From NCBI GenBank assembly GCA_044892525.1, contig CM097887.1:61194001-61258000 (forward strand): a stretch of DNA of 64,000 bases. The letters are read 5' to 3'. Within the stretch, counting starts at the first letter, position 1. Each line of letters starts with the position of its first letter. A program made the translations under genes and the position numbers. A model generated the notes under the pieces. The model was not told where the DNA came from and did not search any database. It was given only the letters and a program-made list of their open reading frames with translations. This document shows positions 1-13,913 of the stretch, piece by piece. Source of the stretch: Schmidtea polychroa. Taxonomy: Eukaryota.

Positions 1-225
1 ATTGAGGGATCCATCTTCTTCCGGATATTTTTCAAAAACCACCAAAGATCAGCGCTTCCATACTTACAGAAAGTACATGTCATAAGAAACGAGAAACGAA
101 GAATAGCCAATCGATGCACGGAGAAAAACGAAAACTTTAAAGAGCAATCAAATTTCAATAAAATCCTACACCGAAACGGATACCAAGGTGAGGACATTGA
201 AAGAATGAATTCTACCCCATATTAG
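1..225 (+). mobile_element. Penelope-like retroelement fragment (region C-terminal to RT), truncated by window edge
   Basis: Frame +1 is open 1-225: ...HQRSALPYLQKVHVIRNEKRRIANRCTE...KILHRNGYQGEDIE. The spacing resembles the PLE thumb region (HxxSxxP...RxxxxC...LxxNGY). Recognised from motif memory only. Confidence 0.5.
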
Positions 226-690
226 TGTGCCGTAAAAGAATTTAAAATGTGCCGCTAATGCGAAAATATTTAGTACGAAAATATTTTTTTTAGTTATATA
301 ATAAAAAAAAGAAGTTAAAATATTGGAATTTTGGATTTTCGTAAAAAGTCAATATCCTGATTTAAGTTTAAAACCCATCAAATCTCTGCTGCCATTTGGA
401 TCCTCATATCTGTGCGAATTCGAATTCTCTGCACTCACAGAGATTAAATCTAAAAAGAGAGAGCGATTGCTAATGTTGGATGATGAGCTGCGAGTTTGTT
501 TAACAAAAATCGAACCACGTATAAAATTTATTTGCGACAAAAAACAAGCGCACTCATCCCATTAAATAAAATATATACATGTAATTTCATTTTATTAAAA
601 AAATTCTATATAAAAGATACATTCTTTCTATTTGTGCCTTGACTTTTTTTTCTATTTTGTGCCGGGAGGTAAAAAGTTTGCGTACCACTG
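226..690 (+). mobile_element. hAT (Buster/Charlie-type) non-autonomous element, right part, with transposase C-terminal dimerization remnant at 323-565
   Basis: 323-565 encodes FW..KSQYPDLS....LLPFGSSYLCE..FSAL..IKSKKRERL...DELRVCLTKIEPRI...KQAHSSH*, a typical Buster C-terminus. GTGTGCCG subterminal motifs are present. The right TIR AAAAGTTTGCGTACCACTG ends at 690 and is followed by ATCTAGGT, matching the NNNTANNN Buster target pattern. Confidence 0.85.
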
Positions 691-2210
691 ATCTAGGTAA
701 TGAACGTGTTATTGCATATGGTTCACATACAATGAGTAAACATGAAATAGGATACTGTATCACGAGAAAGGAACTTTTAGCCATTTATTACCTTGCACAG
801 CACTTTAAGCACTATCTTTACGGCAAGCGATTCCAGCTAAGAATGGATCACAAGGCTATAACATTTATGATGACAACAAGAAAACCTATAACGGCACAAT
901 TTCAAACATGGATAAACTTCTTGAGTAGTTTAGATATGGATATTAAATATCGAAAAGGAATTGACCATTCGAACGTTGACGCGTTATCGAGAGATAAATG
1001 TGGGAGATGTACACAGTGTATGGAAATTCATGAAGATGCCAAGACAGAGAAAGTAAAAACCAGATTGTTGGCAATGACAGCTACTAAACATGGATTGCAA
1101 TGGCAAAAAGGTAATGAAGAGATAGAACATATGAGAAAAGCAATTGATAAAAATGAGACTACAAGATTTAAAATCAACGAAGATTTAATTTTAATAAGAG
1201 AAAATAAAATTTGGATTCCAAAAGAAAATAGAATAGAATTTGTCAAAGACATGCACAAAATGTTGTGTCAGACTGGATGCAAGAAGGTAATCGATTATAT
1301 AAAAGTTAATTACGATATGGAGGAATTAAATACAATCGTGACTCAATATATTCAAAGTTGTGAAATATGCCAGAAACGAAAAACATTGACAACAAAAACA
1401 AAAGAAATAATTGTAAAAATACAAGTGGCGGAACCGTTTGAGGTTATAGCAATAAATTTTTGTGGACCTTTGCAGGCAAACATTCATGAAAAGAAATATA
1501 TTTTGGGAATTATAGATATGTGTAGTCGATACATTTCATTGACAGCAGTAGCAAAACAGGACGAAAAAACTACAGCGGATACTATTGTGAAATTCTGGAT
1601 ATTAAAATACGGGGCACCGAGAATTATTCATGTTGATTGTGGGAAAACATTTGAGTCTAACTTGATAAAAGAGTTGGCTAAGAATCACAATATACAGCTA
1701 CAATTTTCTAACCCTTATCATCATAACACTAATCGTTTGATTGAAAGACAATTTCGAACAATACGAGATTTTATCAGTACATCATTAAGAGATAAACTTA
1801 AGAGGATTTGGGTTGAAGTGTTACCTGAAATTGAGTTTACTTTAAATTCTACCATTCAAAGCACAACTGGAAAGAGTCCATCAGAAGCAGTATTTGGTTT
1901 TCGGATATCTAGAGAATGAAACAATAATAAAAAAATATACAACGATAGAAATAAAATAGTGGAGGAAGTGCAATCAAAACAAAGAAATTTAAATTATAAA
2001 AATGAGAACCGAATACACCGAGAATTCGATATAAATGAAAAAGTTTTAGTTAAAGTAGATTTGAGAAAAAAAGAGGAGGGCCGATATACAGGATCTTTTG
2101 TCATTGTTAGAAAGATCCATGCAAATAGTTATGAATTACGAGACAGAGATGGAAAAATTATAATTCGCAAAGTTGAATGGCTAAAACCTTTTAAACAGGG
2201 AAGATGTTAG
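691..2210 (+). pseudogene. Ty3/Gypsy pol 3' part (RNase H, integrase Zn-finger/core, C-terminal SH3-like), degenerate
   Basis: RNase H: VIAYGS..MSKHEIGYCITRKELLAI..HFKHYLYGKRF...DHKA. Integrase: CEICQ, AINFCGPL (first catalytic D appears as N), IHVDCG..F, IERQFRTI. 1959-2210 is in the same frame after one premature TGA at 1917-1919. Confidence 0.92.
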
Positions 2211-2413
2211 GGATATATTGTATTATAAGTATCAAATATTATTATATAGTAAAAGTATAATAAGTATAAATGTTGGCACGCATAATAACCATTATTATTT
2301 AATTAATTAATTCGTCATTTAAATCGGGTGTTTTAATAATACCAGATTTAGGCAATAATTTGTATTTAAATATATTTGTAAATTATTAAGTGTTTATTAT
2401 TAACAAACATAAC
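2193..2413 (+). mobile_element. Polypurine tract and 3' LTR of the Gypsy element
   Basis: Purine run AAACAGGGAAGA directly precedes TGTTAG at 2205. Candidate LTR end is TAACA at 2401-2405 or CATAACG at about 2413. Confidence 0.65.
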
Positions 2414-5400
2414 GAAAAACGAACATTTTTTACTTCCAATCGTTGCTCATTATTCTACTTATGAAAATCGTAAAAAGGAATTGCTAACTTCATTTTCAAC
2501 TTTAAATACAAATAATTGTTAGGTAAGGAAAACCTTTATCAAGTGATACTCGTACTATGACCAATGTCACTCATATTGTACTTTCACTGTTGACCTTAAT
2601 AAGTCTTTTTCATCGAGAGTAATCTAAATTTTTGTATGGACAACTTCTTTGAAATTTGGGCTAAGTTTTTGAGTATGTCTTTGATTGAGAAGGATATTTA
2701 ATATATAATTAATTTTATATATAAGTAGTAGATATATGAGCCCCCGGCAACAGAGCCCCATTCTCATACCCCTTCAAGATTAAGTTGTGATTATTGATTT
2801 TCACGATTATTGATTGTCGCGATTACTTATTTTTAAAGTTTTTTATTCTTATTGATTTAAAAGTGCACTTATTGATTTTCAAGTGCAAATGTTTAAAAAG
2901 AAATTAAACTAATGATTTAAATAAGCAATTATTGATTAAAAAGTGCAAAATTTGATTTCAAAGTGAAATTTAACTTTTTTGTTTTTAGAACCGTTGCGTC
3001 GGGTTCTGAGAATTTCAAACAATTATTTCGACAAAAATACAGCGGATGATGTCACCTATGTCTTTGATGACAACAAAATCTTTTGAGTATCTCATCAAGA
3101 TTTTTCTGGCGAAAAATTTAAATAGAGAAAAACTAGAATAGAAAAAGAATCTTTGAGATTTTTGGAAATTTTATTTTTTCAAAATATAGAGAGTTGCAAG
3201 CCCTACAACTTGTGCAAAATTTGATTGGAAAATACTAAAAATTACAAAAAAACAAATATTTTGTACCTTAAATGGCGCCATGTCCTTTGTAAAATGTTAG
3301 AGCTTTGCGAGTACATTTTTGTTGAAATTGTCTGATTGAAATTATTTGAATAATTTTAAATAGAAATAATTAATACTTATTGAAAAATCTTTTTGAGTAA
3401 ACGAACAAACATAAATTTAGTTAGACTAAATCTTTCTGTAATTTTTTTGAAATTTGAATTAAAATGGATTGATTGTATATAATTTATGGTACAAAATTTA
3501 AATTTACGATTTACCTACATAATAAATGATTGAATTACGGATATGCAATATGTGGGAATTGCAGTTTCAAGAAATTTATTAAAAAAAGTAGTCACTAAAA
3601 ATATAGTCACTGAATTTAATTAATAAATTTTTAATATAACATTTGTTTTTTTAGCACAAATGAACCTATCTTCAAGAGCGATGTGCTGGGTTAGTTTAAT
3701 TTTTTTATTGTTTCATAATTATTTAAATAAAATTATAAAAATAATTAAAAATTTTTTTTTATAAATATAAATAATATATCAAAATACGAATAAATTTTAG
3801 AAAGTATTATTTTTGAAAAGTAATTTATACAAAAATTCCCTCAGTATTTTGTTTATTATTGGTAAAAAATTTATTATTATAAGAACTTTTTTAAAAATTC
3901 AGTTATTTATTGGATTTGTTTTGGAATAAAAATCTATTATTGATAAAGTATTAATTGATGCGAAAAATTTAAATACTATAGAAACTAATAAGTAGTATTC
4001 CTAAATTAATAACTTTAAATTTAAATATCTATTTTTTGACAATATTCAAACAAAGATGATTTATAAACTTATCAAATATACTTTACTCAAGCATTCTTTT
4101 TCTTATAATATAGAAATAGTGATAAGATTTTCAGTTATTTTTAAATTCTATTTCATTAAAATAATAATATTAAAATTATTGTTTAAAAAGTATCGTTTTA
4201 ATATTCATCACTCTTACCCTATTCTGTGATCTTCCAACGCTTTAGCCATTTGTTGTCCTCCATAATGGTTAGCAATCCGTATTTATACATAGTTGTATTA
4301 TCAACAGTATTATCAATAAAATCATTGCTATGATTTTTAGTAGAAAATGTAATTTTTAATAGAAATTATATTATACAAATCAATTTTTAGGATAATTTTT
4401 TTATTCGAAATGCCCATATATCATTCAATCTACTATTGCTTTAAAGTAATAATATATTATTCGTATTATAGTTTTAATTCTATACGAAACTTACAAATGG
4501 TTACTAATGTTTACTCCAGAGAAATGTCGCATGTAATACATAAAATATCAAGGTTTACGAAATAGCATTTCAAAAATATCATAATTTCGATTGTGTTGAA
4601 CAGCTTTACTATTTATATTATGAAGTAAATGAAGAGAATAATACCAGACAAAACAAATTAAAGTTTTCAAATTGAAAGGTTAAATTATACAGCAGATAGT
4701 AAGATATTTCTATTCATGTCATTGTCATTGCTTTAATTTAATTATACTATTTTTATTGCGTCTGCAATTTATTTATTTCGTGAAAATCTACACTTGATGT
4801 TGCCTTTGTACAAAATATTCTAATATTTTGAAACAATACTTCCACAAGCTTTGATATAATCATTTTTATACTTTTTTTGTTCTTGTCATAATTTCAGTTA
4901 CTTTGAATGATGTAACGGTAGCTATCTTTGAATTCGTATTGAATTTTGGGAATGTATTTTGTACCACAGTCAATCATTACTTCAATTGCCAGACCTTTGC
5001 TTTTCATACCTCAATACATGGTAGATAAATAATTTTCATATTTAGTGAATAGTTCCAAAATATCTTTGAATATTGGCTCCTTTTGGCAAAACTACACAGA
5101 AAAATTATGCTGCATCAACTTATAATTTGTTGATTTATTCAAAATTTCATTACACGTTGGAAATTTTCGATGCAAATGGAAAATATTTTGATAAATAACC
5201 CCTACCTGACTTGGTTATTTTAAATACGAAATTTGTTTGCATTTATTTTTATGCAAGTCCTACTACTTATTGAACGGATCACGTATATATAAGTAGCATG
5301 TTCATCAGGATATATTCACACTTATCTAATTATCTATTTATTAATTTTCTTTATGTTTAAAGGTTAAAAATGTAATAAAAATTCAAAAATACTACATCAA

Positions 5401-8262
5401 TGTGACGCATGAATTGTCTATATTAAAATCAATTATAAAAAAAATTCAGACTTGAGATTATTATTCTAAAATTATTCAATTTCTTTTTATTTGTAATAAA
5501 CATTGTCTTGATTTTCAAAATTCGCGTTTTTGCTAATAGGTATTTTAATGTCAATTATTATTTGTTTAATTATAGGAAAATCAAGGCATCTATAAGTTGT
5601 TTATTATCATTCAAAACATGTTCTATTTATGCAAAATTATGTATTTTTAAATTGATACATAATAATTATTTTCATTAAATTAAAATTTCTTAATAAAATT
5701 ACACAAGTTCTTATAAAGACAAACGTAATATTAGCTTTTTATTATTTAATGCAGAGTCTCTCAAACCTTTTTTACTTGGCGACCATTTTAACGCAAGTAA
5801 ATATTTTTACGACCCTGGGTAGTTGGAATTACCCATTAAAATTACGAATTAAAACATTTGCTGATATTAAATCAAAAGCATAATTTCGAAAGATTTTTTG
5901 GTATACAAAAGAATAAAATTTGATAATACTAATAAAAACAAAGATAAATTTATACTAATGACCTAGATATGTGTTTGTTTACTTTTATATAAATCTTGAA
6001 AGAATATTAAATACTACATGGCGTTTTACAGAATTGACCGATTTTTTAATTTTATATATGTTAATGCTGAAAATGACACTTCACATAAATATGTTGTACA
6101 AAATTGTAGAAGTATGTTTCGAGACCCATTTCAGAGTGTTGGAAATTATACCCTAATCCCCACCCAAAATTAATTTAATGGTATTTTTGGAAAAGCTAAG
6201 TTTTAACTCTGTCCTCGATAACTTGGTAAATTCTTCTTAGGGGTGTAATGGTAAGTGACTGACATTAAACATTTCAATTGAGTATGGTTTTTGAATCGAA
6301 ATTTCTTTTTCAACATCAAAATTTGACGGAAAATATTTTTGAAAATGTGTTTCCCGACACTTCAATTGATCAATTATAACTTTTAAAGATATATATCTGG
6401 AAAGGTTATTTTAAATTATAAAATTATTATTTTTAAATTGTAATAAGCAGAGTATTGAATTGATTGTCAGTGTAAAGTGAAAGTTATTTGTGATTATCAA
6501 TAGAGATTTCTGTTGTCAAGTGTTATTTGTGGATCAGTCAAAGACACGCTTAGAGTCAGAGTAAGAACTTTAAATTTATCACCAACCCAATAACCCAACT
6601 ATACTGTAGGGACATATATTGTCCCAGAGAATTTCTAATAATTACTAAAATAATTTAAATGCTTACAAATGCATTGAGACCTGGGATTTTAGTACTGTAC
6701 GGTCATAAGCTCGTCAAAAAGTTCAAACCTGTCTGCTTTTTTTCTTTTCTATAAAATTTTGTCAGTCTATTAATTATTAAAATAAAAAAATCGTATTGAA
6801 AGGGTAAAATTTTTTTGGATTATTATTTGCGATTGGAAACTTAATACATAATATAACTCAAATAAACTTTTATACATACTTGTCAAGGAAGAACAGTGTA
6901 ACAATGTTACACTATAATTCTGTAAGTTAAAATTTTACACTAAAATTCAGGACAAGCTATAATATCGACTATTTATCGTTCATATTCTTTGCAACAAAAA
7001 TACAATAGGACAGAATAAAAAATAATTTGACGACTGCCAGAAAACAACTTTTATTTTATTTGTTAATTTCCAAAAGCGAAAAATTATTTACATAAACAAA
7101 AACTTAACAAAACAAAATATTATGAAATTTCATATATTAATACATATTATTATTATAAAGTAATTAATTCATTTAAAATATTTCTGAATAGCTACTTGAT
7201 TTTTACTATATTCTTTCGGTTTGGATTTGTCACCCTGGTATCATCTGCAGAAGTACGGTTCCTCAGCCAACTTGTTACATAGGGAACTGCATTCCAAGTT
7301 TTCAATGGGTGATCAATTAAGTTAAAAGTAATCAAATTTGATACGTTCTGCACTGTTAATTTGGCTCTGAAATTAGAAAATTCTGAATGACTCTAAAGAT
7401 AGAGACCAATCTTGCTGAAATATAAATATATAATATAAATTCAAATTTAACTTTTTATAGTTATTAAACAAATATTGTTCGAATTATTTTTCATGATATA
7501 TTGTACTACTTAGAGTTTATAATGTAAACCTACCATTGGTCGAAAACACTTAACAATCAATCCGTTGGATTTGAGATAATTAAGCTAATTGATGTCTTTA
7601 GTTTTCTAAATGTAGAAACTTACACAAATTATTTTTCATCGCTAGTCATTATTTTCTTCCATTTGATATTATTTTCGATGTATGTTAAATTTTTTTTCAT
7701 ATATCTTAAAAATCAAACTGGGATCCTGACAAATTTCTTTCCCATAGGCTCAAGAAATTCGTCTCTACATAAGTCTCTTTAAGCTTTAAATTTCCAGCAA
7801 ATTTGATTTTTCCCGCCTGTATAATATTTAAGCTCTTCAAGCATCTATAAAACGAATTTATAAATATAATTAATAATAATATTTGATTAATTACTGAAAT
7901 TTGCCTGGGCCCAAAATTATTTATCAACTTGTACTTATTTTTTTACTTATTTTGTACTTATTTTTTATAACTAATAAGATAGCCTTTAAAATACAGATAA
8001 GTTAAAAATAGTTTTTAGAATTCTTTATAATCACATTCAAAAAATATTCATATTAATAATCACAAAATTGTTGTCTAATTATTTGTTAAAAACAAAATAT
8101 TCAATTTCTAGATAAATTCAAGCGTTTTGATGAATTAAATTCTACAAATGAAATTAATTTAGCAACACTCCGCTGTGAAGAAAATAACAAATTCCCTAGG
8201 TAGGATATATATTAAAAACTTCATTTAATAAAATTAATAATTAATAATTACTATTACTCGCT

Positions 8263-8944
8263 CAGTGGCGTAGTGATGAGGTGGGAAGGGTATCATAGCC
8301 CAAGACAAACAAGATTTTCCGAAAAATTTCAATTTTTATTTTGGTCTATTTCTGGGAAATACATTTTAAATTAGGAATTATTGCAATATAATTAATTATT
8401 CCGATTGATTTGTCTGATAAAATATGTTATAAATAATGTTTGCAGTAAATCAATCAAATATATCCGTATACAAAACGTTCTTTCATCTTTCTTTCTGAAC
8501 ACTATGTCTGAGAATAACAATAGTTTTATTTTTTTATTTTTTTAAATGAAAAATTCAGAAAAATCAAACAGAAATATTCATTGTAATTCCAGACGTTTTG
8601 GAGTTCAAGGATGTTGCTTATTTAAAATTCAGTAATTATATTCAAATAATATCGAAATTATTATTCGTGGATTCAGAATATTTTAGAACGAATCCAGTCT
8701 AAATGCAGTAAAATTTAAAGCTTAACCTGAGCATGTATTACAGTGTAGTATTTTGTAGAAGCGTATTCATGTAGCAACTATTCGTATTACATATTATAGA
8801 GTATTTTAAGGTACTGCATTATATTAATATTTGTATTATATTCTTATTACAAATATATTTTATATATTATATTACTGTATATTTTTCGGGAGGTGCCAAA
8901 AGGGTATTGTGCCCTGGGAACTAGTAATGCTGACTACGCCACTG
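8263..8944. mobile_element. Non-autonomous hAT-like element (MITE) with CAGTGGCGTAGT TIRs
   Basis: CAGTGGCGTAGT at 8263 and ACTACGCCACTG ending at 8944. Flanks ACTCGCT / ACTTGCT form a near-identical duplication. Confidence 0.8.
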
Positions 8945-8982
8945 ACTTGCTATAACAAATGTATTTTGATTTCGTGTCTCAG

Positions 8983-8984
<2 letters not shown>

Positions 8985-9041
<57 letters not shown>

Positions 9042-9100
9042 AATAATAATAATTAATTAATATTTATTATTATTATCATTATTATTATTATTATTATTCT
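8985..9100. repeat. (TA)n microsatellite followed by (TTA)n
   Basis: Directly visible simple repeats. Confidence 0.95.
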
Positions 9101-9321
9101 GACAACAAATTAATGCAATATAGTATATGTAGTTATAAAGAAGAAAATGATTTATCTCTTCTCTATTCTCCTAAAATTCCAAAGTCATGCCCAAAGTTAG
9201 TTTAATATTATAATTTTGAGTATTCTTATTTAACACATGACAATTTTTTGATTTATAGAAAATTTAGTGGGTGTGAACAGGTCCTGGTTTTATTATCAAC
9301 GACTTTATTTAAGAAAAGGTG

Positions 9322-9850
9322 AGTAGAGGGATAGCGACCCACTAAACCAACGGCCCTCTGAAACAAAGACATACCCCCCTGCCACTAAGATCTTTTTTTA
9401 AGGTCATTGTAACAACGATCATGACTCATCGGATGACTCATTCAAGGACCTTTTGTTTGATATGTATATTATTAGGTTTTAAATTTTTTGAACCTTGGAC
9501 CCTTCAAAGATATGACCTTCAAACTAACCTTCAAAAGTCCTTTTGAATGATATATAACTTGTAAGGTTTGAGAAACATTTAAGTTTGGACACCCCTTGAA
9601 GGTTGAGGACACACCATACACCTTCATACTCATCTTTAAAATCGTTCAATAAAATCCATTGGCGGGAACTCTGAAAATTCAAATATTAAATTTTAAAATT
9701 TTTAGAATGACTAATCGCATGACTCATGTGACCCTGAGAATGACGAGTAGTAGAACTCTTTTGACTTTGGAATATAGTTTCGTCTAATAACATAAACAAT
9801 ATATTATGAATGACTTTTATGACTCTTAGGACTTTTATGAATGATATATT
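9322..9850 (+). mobile_element. Remnant of a Polinton/Maverick-like terminal region related to 62.85-64 kb
   Basis: Starts AGTAGAG, followed by a short GC-rich block. Contains ATGACTCAT x3, TGACCTT and ATCGTTCAATAA..TTGGCGGGAACTCTG..TTAAATTTTAAAAT, which closely matches 63190-63240. Confidence 0.55.
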
Positions 9851-11399
9851 ATGATGATGGTGTCAAATAATAAAGTAAACAATTTGCTGGAATTGTCTAA
9901 ATGTAATAATTTTAAAATAACAGTTAAATGGTGAAATACTGATTAGAAATATAACGGAAATATCATTGAAGAATTCGTGAATTAAAAAAATTTAAAACAA
10001 AGTTATTAGAATAAACTAAAACGGAAAAATTTTTTTCGTAGTGAATTTAGTCTCAGAACTTAACTAGGATTTAAAAATCTGAAAAAGTACAAAAAATAGA
10101 GAAAGTACAAAATGGTACAATTGTACATACCACACTTTTATTCTGATTTAGATCTGAAGCTAACCTACTAAGAAAACGTTTTATCCCTTTTAATACATTC
10201 TAATAAAATTTAATTTTTAAAATTTTTTTTTTGAATGTTATTTCTTTTTTACTTATAATATAATTTTGTAAATATTTAAGTTTTTTCAAAAATTCCAAGT
10301 CTTTTATAATACATTATAACAATACTTGTATAATAATACACAGAATCAATTAACTGTGTAATTCGATGGTTGACTGTATAATCCTTGAAATGGTAGAATT
10401 CACGTTTAAGTTAAAACGGAACATTGCTAATAAACATTTAAATTAATAAATTTAAGTAAGTTTAAAATATAAAAATAAATTAAAATATATTAAAATATTA
10501 AAATAAATTAAGCCAGCATTGAAGATATTTTTGTTTGAATATTACGAAAAGGGCAGTTTTTTTGGTTAAAATAAATTTTAGTAAAGTAATTTTATTTGGT
10601 AATTTTATTAATTGATTTTATGGAATTTGAAAACGAATTTGATGTTGTTGCGGCTAACAATCCTTTTTAGTCTTTTTGAAGTTTATAATTTATATTATAT
10701 TTAATTAAAATATTTTGCTATAGGAATACTATTACACAGTTAACCCCCGTTCATCGTGACCCCGGTGAATGCGGATTCGTTATTATGCGATTGATAATTT
10801 TAAAAATTTTTTGTCTAAACGCTGGCTTTGACGAGTGCGAGAAATTGTCATAATGATTGATATGAGTCATATGCACATGTACATAAGTAATTAGCCTTGA
10901 ACATAAGCGAGACAAAATGAACTCAGAACGTGTTGTATTGTAATGTACAGTAACTTTACATTTGGACGTATTTTTAAGTGTAGGCTTAGAATCGATTTCA
11001 AACGCACGCATGTTAATTACATTGATTACATAATTATTTTTGAGCCCTTCGCAGTTTTTAAAATATCAAAAAAGCAAAGTGATAAATCGGTTAAGAAAAT
11101 TCGCAATGTGATGACTTTGAGAAAAAACTAAAAATTATTGAGATTATAGAAAATGGTGGTGAATTTACAGCTATAGGAAGTAATTTTAAATTGGCTGAGT
11201 CTACATTGCGATAAATTGTGCGAAAAAGAGATAAAATTAAAAAGGCTGGCGAGAGTGTTACTTCAATTACAGAGATAACAGTTTTACGAACCAGAAGTGT
11301 TTTGATGATGGAAATGAAGAATTTATAATTAAAATGGATAGGCGAAGACTATGAGCGGGTGAGTGCTGTTAAACGTTGGTGTAATGTATTACTTGACAG

Positions 11400-13913
11400 T
11401 AGGGCTTGGAAGAAACAGGAAAATTTCGAAAACCGGTTTACGATTATTAAGATGTATTTATATAAACTATTCTATTTATATCATTTATATTTTATTATTT
11501 GAATGTTGTGGTATGTTGAAATTTTTCGAAATATTATTTGGATTTTAATTAATTCCCCAGAAATGAATTAAGAAAATACTTTGTTTAAATAATATATAAT
11601 TATTCACTACTTTGAATTTTTTAACGTCTAAAATTAAAACGAATCCTAACATTGCGACCACGCCTATGCTGTGGTTTATTAGAACACCAGAAACATTCGA
11701 AATCGGCAATGACAGAAAAATTTATCGAAGAACCAGATAAATTTTTGGAACTTACTCAGACAGCCGAAAAACACAGAGGAGTTTTTATCAATGGAAGCAA
11801 CGCGAAAGTTCGAGGAAATGGATCCTGAAATTCACTACAAGAAAAGAATCCACGATGCCTTTATGAAGCTATCTAACTTAGCAAATGATCTCAACGAAGC
11901 CTTATCATTTCGAAGAGGAGGAAAAACAATTAATGAATTTTTTAAAATATAGAGAAGCTAGCAAAGAATGTAGTCAGGCACAATCTAACAGAAGAAGATA
12001 TGAAAATATTTTTTATCCAAAATTCTCTCGACAATAGAAATTATAAGAAAGATTTAAAATTACAAGGACCAAAAACATTCGAAGAAATAAAAAATCGATT
12101 TGTCAAATATGATGATATTATAATAGAAATTGAAATCGAAAACATTGCTAAGATACAGCATGTAAAGAAAAATTATGCTAAGGTAGCGATGTTGAATCAA
12201 GGACAAACATGGAACCAAAGAAAACAATATCATCGTCAAAGGAATGAAAGAATAGAACAAAGTCGGACTGTGGGACGACCGGAAACAAATACTCAAAGAT
12301 CAGGAAATAGAAATGAGTGGGAAAAGACCAGAAATCAAAGACAACTTCGAGAAGAACAACAGTGGCCCACGAGACATTTTAACGGATCGATTAGGAGAAA
12401 TGTTTATCCAAATCAAGATAATCGCATGCGAAGATGTTGGGCTTGTAGAGAAGAAGTTCATCTAAGATCAAAATTTCAAATGTAACTATTGTCACAAGAA
12501 TGGACACTTCAAACACTAGTGTTATGAAGTTAGTCCACAAAGGAAGTTCCAGAATTCTCGGTACATAGCTGCTTTCGGAGACGAGTGCGAACGATCGGAG
12601 CAAGGAGATGACCCAAAAGAATTTTCTCCGACAACCGGGTAAGTGATCGGAGCGATAAATTGAATGTAAGTGATATTTCGAACAATTTTTGCGTGGATTG
12701 TGAATGTATGTAGGACCTAAATTAGTATGAATGTTATTTGAATGTTGATATGTATTTTTATAATAGTTTGAATGAACTTAATAATTACAATATTTATGAT
12801 TTATATAATTTAAATGAAAATAAATTAATTTTTAAACCATATCGCTCTAAGTTAAGTTAGAAGTCCGAATACTTTCAATATAAAAGTGGAAAATTCTAAA
12901 GAATTTATAATTAATTATAACCATAATGTAGGAAGACCCAGTGTAGAAATTTAAATAAATAAAGAAAAAGCAATGTGTATGCTTGATACATGGGGGAAAG
13001 ATTAGTATTTAAGAATACGAGATTTATAAAAGATTTGACAAGGTAACATTGGAGAAATGTGATATTGAAGGGAAATATGCAAACAGCAGTGGCATAACTG
13101 TAATGAGAAAGATATATATATATATATATATAGCTGTAACTAACTGTAAGGGGTATTTCAAAACCAATGGAATTATATGTTACTCGAGGATTTGTTCCAA
13201 AAATAATTGGGGGGATAAATTTTTTAATGGAATTTAATATATATTTACAAAGAACCGATATTGAGAAATATGAGATAAGTTATATTGAACAAAAGAAAGA
13301 GGATTTTAAAAAAATGGAAAAAGAAGATAAAGAAATCGAGAAATTGATTGAAGAACATTATTATGAAACATAAATGGGACATTAGTAAAACAGAAATAGT
13401 ACAACATGAGATGATTTGACAAATTGAAGGGCTCCCACAAGCACATTTTAAAACTGAAATTTGAAATATTTTCTATACTCCTGATTTTTTGCTGTTCATA
13501 TTTAAGCTAAAATAAAAATTATTTTTAATATATTTTAAAAAAAAACATTTTTTTAAATAAATTAAATCGGTAGAACATGAAATTCATAAAAATAAAACAA
13601 TATTCACCACTAAAAACAAATTATAAAAACAATAAAATATAGTTTTCTAATATTTAGCAAATTGATATAAAACAATATATTTTAAGAAAATGTGCTAAAT
13701 ATTAGAAAACTATATTTTAATGTTTTTAAGATTTGATTTTAGTGCGTGACTATTCTATTTTAAAATATATTGAATTTCGTGTTCTATCAAATGTATTTAT
13801 TAAAAAATTTATCAATTTAAAAAATATATAATTAATAACCGGTTTTCGGTTTTTCGAGAACAAAAAACTGGTTTTTGGTTTTGAAAAATTTGAACACCGG
13901 TTTACAAGTCCTA
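11400..13913. mobile_element. hAT (TAGGG-type TIR) non-autonomous element with perfect 8-bp TSD
   Basis: TAGGGCTTG at 11400 and CAAGTCCTA ending at 13913, with AAACCGG/CCGGTTT subterminal repeats. TSD CTTGACAG at 11392-11399 and 13914-13921. Confidence 0.88.
11450..13420 (+). mobile_element. Ty3/Gypsy 5' fragment: LTR end, PBS, gag with two zinc knuckles, aspartic protease, start of RT; degenerate
   Basis: LTR end ...CCTAACA (11651) followed by PBS-like TTGCGACCAC (resembles tRNA-Arg PBS TGGCGACCAC). Gag from ~11708 with CWACREE.HL.SK. and CNYCHKNGHFKH.C. Protease MLDT(W)G and IIGGINFL, then pre-RT KWDIS.TEIVQHE. Multiple stops and frameshifts; left boundary approximate. Confidence 0.85.

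Noticed and set aside
639-690. N-terminus of the 426-aa ORF as a real protein start
   Set aside because: These codons are the hAT terminal sequence; the Gypsy pol homology starts after 690.
6608-6640. Helitron 3' end (GGGACA-TATAT-TGTCCC hairpin)
   Set aside because: There is no convincing CTRR terminus at the expected distance and no matching 5' end.
7190-8200. Multi-exon host gene from exon-like stretches at 7200-7420, 7700-7860 and 8111-8198
   Set aside because: The best frames fall on opposite strands and no protein family is recognisable, so no consistent model could be built.
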